Assembly: GCA_965113315.1 (NCBI GenBank)
Contig: OZ220365.1
Source: Podarcis vaucheri
Taxonomy: Eukaryota
Reading direction: 5' to 3' (one strand)
Length of the DNA: 64,000 nucleotides
Shown here: piece by piece, positions 1-12,036 of the stretch
Layout: each line of letters opens with the position of its first letter
Position numbering within the stretch: position 1 is the first letter of the stretch
Notes under the pieces: generated by a model
Seen by the model: the letters and a program-made list of their open reading frames with translations, nothing else
Databases searched by the model: none
Told to the model about the DNA's origin: nothing
Position numbers and translations under genes: made by a program

Positions 1-1255
1 CATTCGAAGAATTCCATTTATAAAAAGAGTGACAAAAAAAGAGAAAGGAAAAAGCAAGTGAGAATGAAAACGTTTGTCTTAGAGGTTTATAATTTAGAGG
101 AGGAGGAGAATTGCTTAGAATTTGCAAGTATTTAAGACTTTAAGGACTAATATGAGCACAGCTTATGTATTAATTCTGAGCAATATGTCCTCAGAATTGT
201 AGGAAGGAACAAATCTCAATATCTGCTAGCCATGCGGAAGCTCCATCCTTCCCAGAGGTTCCTGGTCTGACAATTCAGTCTGGTATTAAATATTTCCAGG
301 TTGACGGCTATCCGTTCCTTTGCTGTATCCCTCAGTTAGGAAAGATGGAGTCTCAGGATTTTGCTGCAGCTGCTTCTCTTAACTAGTTGTGAAAAGGAAT
401 CTCAATTATTGTTCTGGCCCACTATTCTTTCAGTACTATGTGCACTCACAGTATTTATTCATGTTCAGTGGGACTCCTCAGAAGCATAAAAAACCAGGCA
501 ATAGGTTTTCCTTCCCCGGTTCTGAAGGTACCCATCTGCCCACGTTGAGCACAGAATGAAAGAGATTGGCTTTCCTGTACATAGCAGCTGTGACTAATCT
601 CTTCCCAAGCAATTGGGGGGGGGGCAGAGGGCGGAGAGGGAATTCAGGTCAAATCATCCTGTCTTTCACTTCCATCTTATTCATGGGCACCTGCTATCTC
701 GGGGGGGGGGGAATCTATGGACATAGGAAGTCATCTTGCTGATGGTGGTGTAAGAGCCTCTTGTGGCTTATGTCTTTCAAACTTCTTCAACAAGAAAAGG
801 ATAGTTCTTTTGTCACATTCTGGGAGTGGAGTGGTGGAATGGACACAAGATATGATCCTCTGTTTGCAGTACTGGTCACTGGTCAAAGGCTTGAAGATTG
901 ACATCAGCCTAACCTCAAGAAAGTTTTGGAAACCAGAGCCCTTTCTAAGTCCCCAATACGTTTTTCAAAATAAGGTCACATTCCTAAAAACCCTGTTTTA
1001 GGTTGGGGGCATCATTAAAGAGAGATATCCTATTCTATATGCATATAGACTTACGGTTGGGGTTATAGCTGATCCAGAGAATTGTCATCACTCCAGGTTC
1101 TCAGCTTTCCAAAATTACATTGGGGTTTTGCCCTGGTAAATAACTGGTGAGGTCAGGCAATTTTTCTACACTGCTAGTCCAGAATGCTGCCTGAATCAGA
1201 GCACTGCATTGCATCTCTTCTCCCCCTCGGTACACCCCCTGCCTCAGCCAGTGCT

Positions 1256-1509
1256 AGAAGAAGAAGAAGAAGAGTTTGGATTTGATATCCCGCCTTTCAC
1301 TCCCCTTCAGGAGTCTCAAAGCGGCTAACATTCTCCTTTCCCTTCCTCCCCCACAACAAACACTCTGTGAGGTGAGTGGGGCTGAGAGACTTCACAGAAG
1401 TGTGACTGGCCCAAGGTCACCCAGCAGCTGCATGTGGAGGAGCGGAGACACGAACCCGGTTTCCCAGATTACGTGACTACCGCTCTTAACCACTACACCA
1501 CACTGGCTC
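1256..1509 (-). mobile_element. tRNA-derived SINE (Squam3-like) with (CTT)n tail
   Basis: Reverse complement begins GAGCCAGTGTGGTGTAGTGGTTAAGAGC (A box), has a GGTTCG B-box-like motif and ends in (CTT)n; near-identical to 31755..32009 and 55117..55369. Confidence 0.85.
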
Positions 1510-1720
1510 TCTTTTTTTAAAATGGTTCACCAGTGTCATCCAGAGACTTGATCCTATGATCAATGATAGTAGTATTTCGGAGGGGGAGAGTTTAATGCAT
1601 TTTCCTGAGCCTGGGTTCACCTGGGGTTACAACATCTGAGGTTCCTCATCCCAGCTCATGCAGAGACACAAAGTACTCTTGGCCGGTACACCTCAAAGAA
1701 GACTCGGGACTACTCCCTAG

Positions 1721-2084
1721 GTAAAGGTAAAGGGACCCCTGACTGTTAGGTCCAGTCGCGGATGACTCTGGGGTTGCGGTGCTCATCTCGCTTTACTTTG
1801 CAAAGGGAGCCGGCGTTTGTCCGCAGACAGATTCCGGGTCATGTGGCCAGCATGACTAAGCCGCTTCTGGCGAACCAGAGCAGCGCACGGAAACGCCTTT
1901 TACCTTCCCGCCGGAGCGGTACCTATTTATCTACTTGCACTTTGACGTGCTTTCAAACTGCTAGGTTGGCAGGAGCAGGGACCAAGCAATGGGAGGTCAC
2001 CCCGTCGCAGGGATTTGAACCGCCAACCTTCTGATCGGTAAGTCCCAGGCTCTGTGGTTTAACCCACAGCGCCACCCGCATCCC
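1721..2084 (-). mobile_element. Sauria SINE
   Basis: GTAAAGGTAAAGGGACCCC is the reverse of the (ACCTTT)n tail; tRNA-like head at the other end; matches 33941..34283, 49816..50165 and 60826..61084. Confidence 0.9.
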
Positions 2085-2941
2085 ATGCTAGGGCTAGATG
2101 TTTTTAAACTGGCTTTATTACCTTCATTCCACCACTATCTTCGTTTGTAGGACAGTGATTTCTATGGGGCAGGGTGTCTTAGGAGAAAGCATGTTCACTT
2201 TGCTGCCTGAAACAGCTCAGACCATCTTCCATGGTCAGATTAACCCTGTTTTTCCTTCCACGTGCAGTTGTGGAGGATCCAGATATCTTTGCCCAAGGAA
2301 GAGCTTTTGTTTCTGGGGTATTGCATTTCGCTGGCATCCTGACTGCCATATTTTGTCACTGAGAAAATGCAGTCTTTTCCCCAGTATAGCTTACCGAACA
2401 TTCCAATTACAGGCAACTGAAATATACTAGAACGCACGAGAGAATTATGCTGGCACAAATTACAGTGCAATCCACATTTCAGGCATATACTGTGCTCGTC
2501 ACACAGCTGCCCTTGGACGGCAGTCTGAAAGCTTTGACTTACGCAGAGAGCGCAGGAGTACATAATAGTGTTTCAGAGCCTGTGTTGACTTCCCAACATT
2601 GTACAGGATCAGTTCCAAGTTCTGCTTAGAACCTCTGGTGCTCCAGATAGCCTGGGCCGTGCACAACAAAGACACATTTCCTATTCCTTCGCCGCACTGT
2701 GTGGAATCTCTGAGAATGTTTGAACAGTGGTCTCTTAAATTTTCTAGTATTCCTCAAGATGGGGCTGCAAGGACAAGTAATGGAAGTATTATTAGAGGCT
2801 GCTCCTCTCCTGTGAAATTAATTTTCCTTGGAAATCTGCTGAAGTACAAGTTCAGGTGCCTCTTCACTGTTAAAAAGAGATGGTCACATCCCCCACCCTT
2901 AATGAATCTGTCCAGTTCAGAGTTCCTTGGCATTTAGCTGG

Positions 2942-3083
2942 AGTCAAAATAAAAAAAATTCCTTCCAGTAGCACCTTAAAGACCAACTAAGTTAGTTCTT
3001 GGTATGAGCTTTCGTGTGCATGCACACTTCTTCAGATACTATTTTTATTTTGACTATGGCAGACCAACACGGCTACCTATCTG
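2942..3083. mobile_element. Penelope-like element terminal fragment
   Basis: GTAGCACCTTAAAGACCAACTAAG...GCTTTCGTGTGCATGCACACTTCTTCAGATAC motif recalled as typical of squamate Penelope ends; inverted AGTCAAAATAAAAA / TTTTTATTTTGACT arrangement. Confidence 0.6.
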
Positions 3084-3860
3084 TATTTAGCTGGAGGTTA
3101 GAGATGAGGGAGGAGGGCAACTCTACCTTCTCTTGGAGCTACATCCAAGGATGTCCTGCCTGCCTGAACAATGAAAATCTGGTTTCTCTGTTCCCGTTTC
3201 CTGGGTGCCCCCGGAATACAGCCCAAAGGGCCCCAACCCTCTAAAACAGATTTTTGGGGGTCTGCGGAGGGAAGAGAGGAGGGGGAAGACCTGTTGCATG
3301 AGCAGATGCCCACTGGTGCCACTTTGCATCTCACCCATGGTCTAACAAGAAAGGTGGTGTTTCCTTAGGGGCAGCCTTAAAATCACATAATACTCTGCCA
3401 TTATGAAGACTCTAAATTAGTCAAAACCTTAGTCAAGTTAAACACAAGGCTCCTGATGTTGCACCTGTACAAGTCTCCCATGCAAGATGAATCCCATCTG
3501 GGTTCAGGTAAGTGTGGCAAATGTCCCATTTGGTTATGACTCCAATCTTTTTAGTGAGCATCTAGAAGATATTCTGTACAGTTGAAGGGGCATTTATGTT
3601 GTGATATCTTGGAATTACTATAATTTAATAATGCCCAGATATAGAATCTACATAGGGACGGAGTCTGTTGTAACAGCGTTTGTGCTTTATATGCCAGAGG
3701 TTCTCGAACGCAATAAATTAGAAGCCTCTGAATAGAATCATTGTGGGAGAAAATATCGAAAAACAAAAAATAATGTATTAAAGCAATGCTGCTATGTACG
3801 TGGGTCTGCGCTTTCACATATATTACACGCCAAACTAAACCTCTGATCAGTCTTCCATTA

Positions 3861-4102
3861 CAGTGGTAACTCGGGTTACATATGCTTCAGGTTACATACG
3901 CTGCAGGTTACAGACTCTGCTAACCCAGAAATAGTGCTTCAGGTTAAGAACTTTGCTTCAGGATGAGAACAGAAATCGTGCTCTGGCAGCACGGCGACAG
4001 CAGGAGGCCCCATTAGCTAAAGTGGTGCTTCAGGTTAAGAACAGTTTCAGGCTAAGAACGGACCTCCAGAACAAATTAAGTACTTAACCTGAGGTACCAC
4101 TA
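3861..4102. mobile_element. Tc1/mariner (Tigger/pogo-like) MITE
   Basis: TIR CAGTGGTA(A/C)CTCGGGTTA ... TAACCTGAGGTACCACT, TA flanks; same family as 29111..29336 and 32046..32260. Confidence 0.85.
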
Positions 4103-4534
4103 TATTCCCAAAGTGATTTAGTGAATGTATGCCTCATTTATGATGAGCACCCATCTTAAAACATGGATCTTGAGAATTTTAGATCAGTGTCCCCCCCCCA
4201 ATAATTTTTGTCTTGCCTTTGTTTTGCTTGTAGCTGCCGTGCAACATAAAGTGATACATTTAAAAATAAAAAGCTGAGCTAAGGAAAAAAGACCCATCCT
4301 GTAAAATATATGCCACAGCTAGTAGCTATGCTAACCTGCCCAAAGGCATGTCTCAATAGCTAGGTTGGGGTTATATACCAGAAGTTGGGCTTTCCAGAGC
4401 TGAGGTGCAGCGACTGAAGAATCCCTAGTGTCTACAGAATTTCAGGCTTCTGAAACTTGAGTACACTTGTAAGTACATATGGGAGGAGGCATTAATCCTA
4501 TGCAAAAGAACAAGCCGGGGCGATGTTGCATCAC

Positions 4535-5080
4535 ATGGCTTCTACAAAGAGAAGTTTTTCCCCTTATCAACCTTTCAGAATTCTTTTGAGAGTGTCAACA
4601 AGCATATTGATGGTGTGATTCAATAGACAATTGGGCTTTTGACACCCAAGACTCCTGAGCAAACTTCGCCATCACACAGGATATGAATCATGGGGCAGCA
4701 GCTGTAGCTGGTTAAAGAGCAGAAAGCTGCAGGAGTGGACCATTTTCACAATACAGGAGCTGTGTTGGGACTGTTTGCATTAACATTCAGAACTGATCTG
4801 AAGCCCAGGCGGAGTAGCAGAGGTTTTCAGAGGACATCCACTTAGTACAGTGAAGTTAAAAGCATACTATGAAGAGCTCTAGGAAGATCTCTCAAAATGA
4901 ATACCCTCTGCAGCAGAATGGCAAATGGGGCAAAAATGGTATCCAGCTGCTGAGTAAGGTCTCAATGACTGTGACTGTCCAGGAAAGAGATATTGGGTCA
5001 GTTTTTGCATGTCCCCCCTCTTCCCTTCACCCTCAGCATCGCCAGAAATTCAGCTTCAGGGAACAACAGGAAAGGCAGAA
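4535..5080 (+). mobile_element. Old degenerate CR1 LINE RT fragment
   Basis: Patchy similarity to CR1 ORF2 (GAATTCTTTTGAGAGTGTCAACAAGCAT, GAAAATGGCAAATG-like, CAGGAAAGAGAT); no ORF. Confidence 0.4.
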
Positions 5081-5689
5081 TTTGCCTCTTCCATTATCAG
5101 ACACCTCTAGTGTGTCATTCTGCGGGTACAATGGCACCAATTTCAGTCCACTTGCTATGTTCAAAGACTGTATTCTGTATACTGATAAAGCATTCGTTCT
5201 CTGATAATCCTTATGTAGCAGAAATTAGGAAACTCCCAACATTTGCGGAAGTACTTTTAGAGAAACAACCTAAGGAGGAACCCCCAAACAGCAAAATGAG
5301 AACTCTGAATGCTCAGTGGCTGCAGAAAGCAGAGTGTTGTGAGAGGGGGAAAGATGGAAATTTTTCCACCCTGGAAGATGGCGTGGCTGGCTGTAACTCC
5401 TGCACACTGTCATTTCACATTCTGACATTCTGTTGCTAGTCTCTGAATGCCAAGCACCTAAGTCGCTGAATACCAATAATTTGTATTAGAAGGCTTTTGC
5501 CTTCCTTCCTTTCTGCCTCCTGCCTTCCTGAAGGCATTCAGTTAGCCACCGAACCACGCCATTGGTTGTTTCATATATACAGTATAGTAGTTGCATCGTT
5601 GTTCTGCTGACTGGAATGGCTGCTGTTGGAAATGCATTCTGGGAGAAATGGGATGCTGAATCCTGAAAAGACAGAGGTGTTCCAAGTTC

Positions 5690-6760
5690 TTGAGTCTGGG
5701 AGGAGGGGTGAGACTGCTTGTTCTGAACAGGACTGCACCCCCCTAGAAAAAAATCAGGTCTCTGTCCTGAACCCCTGGCCTGTCTAGCGACAAGTCAGTA
5801 TGTCAAGTTCCCAGTCTGGGGTCAATCCACGTTTCCAGAGTCCAAACTGAAGCACTCAAGTTGAGAGCCATCAATGTGGTTAGGTGAGCAGACTTGGCAC
5901 CTCTGCTGATTGCAGCATCTGGGCTTGATGAGGCACAGGACCCTCACCTGTTCCAAACCTGCTGCTGCTGCTGAGGAATCACACACCTCCTCCCGGAGCT
6001 AGCGAGCCCCATCTGGCCAGCTAGGGAGCTGGGCTGTGGGCTGTTGCCTGCCTCAGCCTCATGGAGCACCCTGCCTGCTGCTCCCTAGGCCTCAGAGCCC
6101 GCTGCAATTGTGAAGACAGGGGCCACCCTGGTGATGGGCCCCGCTGCTCTGGTTCCTGTGCACTGACCCTCCTCTTCTTGTCATCCGTCACCCTGTGAGT
6201 ACTTTCAACGCCAATCTTTCTTCCCTAGCCCAAGCTTGCCCCAGTGTGTCCTAGTCCCAGCTACACCCCTCGCAGGGATCCTTTTCTTCCTCCTCCATGT
6301 TGTCCTGCCAGTTCATAGCTTAGGGTTGCTCCTGGATGTAGCACTAACACTGGACGTTCAGGAGTGCCTTCATTTCTAGCTATGGCTCCTCATGGACAGA
6401 GACTATGTGGCCACTGTCCTCCATGTTCAGGAAACTGCCATATTGGACTACTGCAATGCGCTCTACATGGAGACTCCAGTAATCCAGCTGTTCCAAAATG
6501 CAACAGCCAGGTTACTGGCTGGCATTTCATTTAGAGCTCATATAAGCCCTGTTTTAAAAGCACGGGTTGCTGGTTGGTTCCCAGGCCCAGTTCAAGGTGT
6601 TCCTATTGGGGTGGAAAGCCCGAAACAACTTAGTGCCCAAATATTTGAAAAACCACCTCCATCCCTGCCAACCCTCTTGGGTGTTGATATGAGCAAAGAC
6701 GGCCCTTTTGATATTCCACCACCCTCAAGTACAGTGGTCCAGAAAAGATCACAGAGGTGC
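5690..6760 (+). mobile_element. Old L2 LINE ORF2 3' fragment split by an insertion of about 550 bp
   Basis: ORF 6392..6766 has LDYCNALY...LFQNATARLL...HISPVL, the L2/CR1-group post-RT motif; the L2 sequence at about 5730-5762 resumes at about 6317. Confidence 0.7.
5763..6316 (-). mobile_element. Degenerate LTR-like insertion inside L2
   Basis: Starts TGTCCTGAAC and ends near GTTCAT; interrupts L2; composition resembles the reverse of the solo LTR at 23040..23529. Confidence 0.35.
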
Positions 6761-8196
6761 ATCTAGCATGTTCATTGTATAGCTTCCATGTCATGCTGAA
6801 GATGCACCCCCTTTTAGCCTACCCTTTGATAAGTTATGGTATTGTGGGACCCAACTTTTCTGTTTTGGTTAATTTATGCTCTGCTGTTTTTGCTTGAATT
6901 TGTTCTGCTTGGTTTTTTTGTACAAACAGCTGGACTTTCATGTGCTTTTTATTGTATAAAAGTATTGCTGCAGCCCGCCCCTTGCAGTGGGCACTGGAAA
7001 AATCTTACAATTAAAGAAATAAATGAAAGGAGCCAGTCCCAGCCCGAATTGTGGTGTGGGAGGGCTTTTGTGTCTCATCTCTCAGATGCAGTTGGATGGA
7101 ATGCTAAGCAGGGCTACTTAAATGTTGTGGAGAACTTGAATTAGAATATCTTGTCCTATAGAATGCAATGGGCATCCCATATTTCATTGGACTCTCTGGC
7201 CCTTTCTGACAGGAAAGAGTTTGTGTTTGTTTATTTGGCAGCTGAATTGAGTTATAACAGAATCACAAGCCAACTTTTTGAGAAAATGCCCAAGGACATT
7301 TGTGTCACTTGAATCATTAAAATGGGCTTCTTTTGGAGGAAAGGTGGGATATAAACTTAATAAAGCAAATAAGTTCAGACTTCCAAATTTACTTCTATCA
7401 ATATCTCTTTCAAATAGATAGTTCTGATCTATTTGTAAATACAGCAGGAAGCCTCTTTTTTTTTTTAGTGGAAGTTGTCATCTTTGTCTAGGCCGCAAGG
7501 TGGTGCTCACTGTCCACAGACAGAAACAGTAATGTTTGGCACGAATGGAATGCTTCTCAAAAATAGGAATATTCAATATTTGCATGCATTTCCTCACAGT
7601 TACATTTCAGAATGGCAGGCTTCTTTAGGTAAGAGAGAGGATTTGTAAAGCACTTTGGTAAATTCTTAGCAACCCCAAATTGTGATTGGACAGTTCCCTT
7701 AACTTTTTTTTGACGTTCTTGTAATTTGAACTTGACAGTAATACATCTTACAAGACTGGCTTACACTGTGTGAATGTTGCCACATGGAATCATTTTTGTC
7801 AGCTATCCTTAGCTGACACACCTCTGACCATAGACTGTCCTGCTCTGTATTGGCCATCTTTTTGTTCAGTGCTGTATCTGCAAATGTGCTATTTCAGTCC
7901 TGTTTTGCATTAGATTAGGCCCCCAAAGAGAGAACTATTGGCATGCTGATGTTTGTTCCTTAGGAAACTTTTGCCAAACAGTTCAGTTAATCTTTACTGC
8001 GTTTCTTTTTCTACACAGCAGGATGAAATGCAGTATTTTTTACCACTCTTGCAAAAGGCTTTTAAATTACCATACTCTTGGTGAATGGAGTCAGATGTAC
8101 ACTACACACATTGGAATTGTTCCCTAGTGAGTCAACAGGGTATTCTACCTTTTCATCAAGCTGTTTATATAAGCAGAAGTATGATCATATTGAATA

Positions 8197-8439
8197 CAGT
8201 TATACCTCGGGTTGAGTGATTTTGGGTTGTGCACAGCGTCCCGAACCTGGAAGTACTGGAACGGGTTACTTCCTGGTTTCGGCACTTGCGCATGCACAAA
8301 GCGCTAAATCGCTCTTTGTGCATGCGAAGTGCCAAATCACAACCTGTGTGTGCGCAGATGCGGCGCTGCGGGTTGCGGACGCTGCAGGTTGCAAATGTGC
8401 TTCCCGCATGGATCATGTTCGCAACCCGAGCGTCCGCTG
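8197..8439. mobile_element. Tc1/mariner-type MITE (second family)
   Basis: TA-CAGTTATACCTCGGGTTG ... CAACCCGAGCGTCCGCTG-TA imperfect TIRs, internal palindromic TGCGCA repeats. Confidence 0.75.
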
Positions 8440-10703
8440 TATAGTGAAGAGCTTTTCAGAAGCTTGCTCTGGGAGCTGTTCTATATCAGTGACTGAGAGC
8501 AAGCCCCACAGATCAGTTAATCTGGAAAATAAAATATTGAGACTGGCTGTTCCCTCAAATTCACTTCCATCTAAATTGTATTTATGAACCTTGTTAATGA
8601 TAGATTATTCCTGATCCATTCTCACAATCTGATACAGGCTTGAGAGTATGTTGCCATCTTTATAACACTTGTACCTTCTTGTAAAGTGTTGGGTTTGTCA
8701 CACAACAGTGGAATCCGTCTTAACAGCAAAACTAAATTTGATGTAAAATCTGTTGTTTCCGTTGAAATGCTGAGGAATTGTTTGACAGAATCATGCAACT
8801 AACGAAGCCCATAATACAAAAAGGGGTAGATACACAATTTGTGTGACAGTTATTGCAGTTTAAGGCAATTATTTGTCATTTAGGTTTAATTAATTCTCTG
8901 CCGTTCCCTCATTTGTTACATGCAAACACTAAAACTGACTGGTAGGGAGGAGGCAGCTATGGGTTTAGATTCTGTAGTGTCCGCTGATGCCCAAGCGTTA
9001 AAAATTGAAGTTGTAAGTAACTGTGGAAAGTTTTCAGTGTTCTTATTACTTTACTCCTGGGGAGGAGTCAAATACATTAGTGGCATGAATGACACATTGT
9101 TCTGCCTATGCCAAAGAGCCTGAATTTGAATATTAAGATGAAATGCCTTGAAAGAAAGAGGAAGCAGGAGAGTGAGTCATATGGGTTGCTCTTGGGAGCA
9201 GCCAAAATACTCTACAGAATAAAACCCTCTGCAAATTAAATTCCAGTTTGCAGATATGCAACTCTAAACTCCTAGCGATCTGCTGTCGACAGAACTTTGC
9301 CTGTTTGGTGAAAGATAAAATCATATTTATCGTATATTTAAGGCTTGAGGTCCTCATTAATTTGACGGAAATAGTGACGGAACACAGGAGGCAGATAAGA
9401 TGAGCTCTCTTCCCGCTTAGATTGCTCTGATCCCTTTTGAGAAGGCTGGGCCGCTGATTGGTTGGGGCAGTTTCTGTACTAAACTGATCTGAGCTGGCTC
9501 CCCCCCCCCCCCGGTCTCTGTGGATAGATTTGATGTCAAGGGCGAGGAAAGACAGCTGCAGCAGACTGTGCGGCGCCACCCACACACCTGTTCTCTTTGG
9601 TGAAAGTGTTACAGGCCCCAGGTGAGGCTTCTGCATTTCAGTGTAAGAGTCCCCAGAGCACAGAATACCCAGGCTCATGCCCAGGTGCCAAACGGAGGCA
9701 TTCCTCACCAGGACTCTTTCCCCAAAACTTTGTGCGGTCTGCTGCAGATGCTTCTGCTGTGCAGCTTTGCCAAAAGTCAGAAATTAACATAGTGTACTGA
9801 GAACTGGCTGTTGCTGATGGTAGAAACTGACCACATCCCATTAATTTCCAACAGGCAGGTATAGTATAGCTGCTACAAACGAGTATTTCTGCACTAGAAA
9901 GTTGGGGTTGCATGCAGGACAGGAAAAAGGGTGCATAATTTTTTTTGGGGGGGGGAAGCAGGAGAAACCTACACATATTTACGTCGCCTGAATTCCATGT
10001 GAATCACTGTATTGCAACATCCTAACTTTGTGCAGGATTGCAGCCTGCCTTAAGGCAGTACTACAAATACAACTCAATTTCTTTTGCAGGGAGAGGGTGA
10101 TGCTTAGAGCAGCCAAAGTTTAATCAATAACATGAGGGGTGACTTTCATTTCTCAATAGCTTAGTCATATAGGGAAGCTGCTGCAACTGATTAACTAATA
10201 CCCTTTTGCCTTGAAATATTGCATGGATTTAGGTAAAATTTTCAGTTTAGTGCTACAGATCAGCTTCTCCGTTAAAATGTGTTGCAGAAGCTGGGTGGCT
10301 GGGGAAATGTAACAGCTCTATGCTAATCTTAGTTAGGCATAATTATACAAAAGGGCAAGTTTGCTTGGAGTTGAAGTAGTTCCTGCGAGAAGTTAATGGA
10401 AGTCAATCAACCCAGGATGAAGAGCAAACAGACCAGAGGAATTTCTCTGGCTAAACTGAATTTGATTTTGCCAGAGCTTAACATCATTCTCTAGGTAATG
10501 AACAACTTAAGCACTTTCTCCTGCGGCGATTTCATAAGCTGATTATCCGATATCTACTGTACCCCCTTCCCTCTTTTTAAAAGCAACCTAGGAACATACA
10601 TTTATTTCAGGTACTTTTTTATTGTGTAGGTTTTACAAATCCCCCCCCCCAACATCACACCCAGAAAACTGTTGGTCGCTATGAATAAAGCAAGCAAACT
10701 ACT

Positions 10704-11352
10704 GTTCAATAAACACACATTATTTATTTTGATTTTGTATAAAAAGGTTAAGTTTACAACTAAACTTTTATAAAAAGTTTAGCATGATTACGTGCATCAT
10801 TACACTTTTTGCAGAAATGCACATTTCTGCTACTATACAAGAAAACTCTAATTAAAGAGTTCAAAGTTTCATTCCCATATTTATATATAAATATATACAT
10901 AGCATTCAGTCCTACGTTTGTGTCAAAAGAGGATAATTTTTGACAAAGACTTCACGGAAAAACTGAACACTAAATCCTTCTAGTACTCACGCTCCACCTT
11001 TGGAGGAAAAAAGGCAAAGTCTGCATTTAAAACGGACAATTCCTTATGAGTTTTTGTTTCGTTTTTTACATTTCATTTTGCTCCCCGTTGTGGGGATATT
11101 ATATAAATGAAGCCTTCCAACTAGAGAAAGGGCATTTTTTAAAGTCTCTTCATAAATAATTAAGATTAGTCCATGTTGTAGAAGAGGGGAGATGGGTGTC
11201 CACAATTTTGCTTAAAATGTCCATTTAACTGGATATGAAGTCTCCCCCTCCAGATACAGCTGAAAATCCGATTCAGCAGCTCGCCCCCCCAAAAAAGGAA
11301 AAAAAGAGGCTGTCTTCTTGTGCAAAAAAAAAAAAAAAAAGCCAGCAAACAC
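10704..11352 (-). other. ID2: ID2 exon 3 (3' UTR, non-coding)
   Basis: Polypyrimidine acceptor CTCTTCAATCTTTTGCAG|GTGTTT; AU-rich sequence ending at AATAAA. Confidence 0.8.
10723..10728 (-). terminator. ID2: ID2 polyadenylation signal AATAAA
   Basis: Minus strand reads CTTTTTATACAAAATCAAAATAAATAATGTGTGTTTATTGAAC at the end of the AU-rich UTR; cleavage inferred at about 10704. Confidence 0.75.
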
Positions 11353-11979
11353 CTGCAAAAGATTGAAGAGAGGCATATTTAGAAGAATGCTAACAGGGCA
11401 GAGATCCGGACAGACTGGCGCCAGAGAGGAAGCCACAGTTTGAACATTTAACCAAACACTCAAAGATTGGGCAAACCCTGGCGTCCAGATGCAGCATGCG
11501 CACACAAACACACAGTCTGATACAGACACCACATATGAAATTAAAAAAATGTCTGGGGTTTGAGTATGAGGAGACTCCTGGTAACACCCTCCCCTCTGCC
11601 CCCAAATTCTCTATATAATAACTATTTGAATCTCTATTTGCGGTGACAAGAGACTTCTCTGAGCAATTATCCTTTGATTACAAGTTCTTTAACAAGGAAC
11701 GATTCTGTATCTCCATGTTAAGTTTCACTCCCCCATTTGCTTAAGCTTTCTGGAGGTTGTCCCTGAATTTACAGCATCCACGTTTTGGGTACAGAATATG
11801 CAGAAGCCAACATGCATTTTATGACTTAAAACTGCCACTTCATAGGATCCTCGGTTCTGTGTAATTTTAAGACAGTTCCAAGGGCAATTCTGAACACCCC
11901 CCTCCCACATTTCTGATGGGCAACACTGTTAAATCATACTTAAAAAACAGAAAGAAACCTGAACAACTTACCAATTCCT

Positions 11980-12036
11980 TTAGCCACAAAGTGCTTTGCT
12001 GTCGTTTGACATTAACTCTGAGGGGAATTCAGCTGC
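11980..12036 (-). CDS. ID2: ID2 coding exon 2 (AAEFPSELMSNDSKALCG*)
   Basis: Phase-0 acceptor; translation matches the ID2 C-terminus; TAA at 11982..11980, donor 8 nt later. Confidence 0.95.
   Translation of the reverse strand, partial: AAEFPSELMSNDSKALCG

Larger units (their letters stand above)
100..3500 (-). mobile_element. Highly degenerate Gypsy-like LTR retrotransposon internal remnant, interrupted by younger SINEs and a Penelope fragment
   Basis: Minus-strand fragments fall in gag-pol order: CxxC knuckle-like ICLKCG (about 2470-2490), YLPGQN resembling an RNase H end (about 1165-1185), integrase-like remnants (about 230-590). No intact ORF; boundaries approximate. Confidence 0.3.

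Noticed and set aside
1-9000. Exons of the expected downstream neighbour KIDINS220
   Set aside because: No recognisable coding sequence; the region is mostly decayed retroelements.
10684-10713. Two plus-strand AATAAA at the ID2 3' end suggesting a convergent transcript
   Set aside because: Expected by chance in AT-rich sequence; no plus-strand exons seen upstream.
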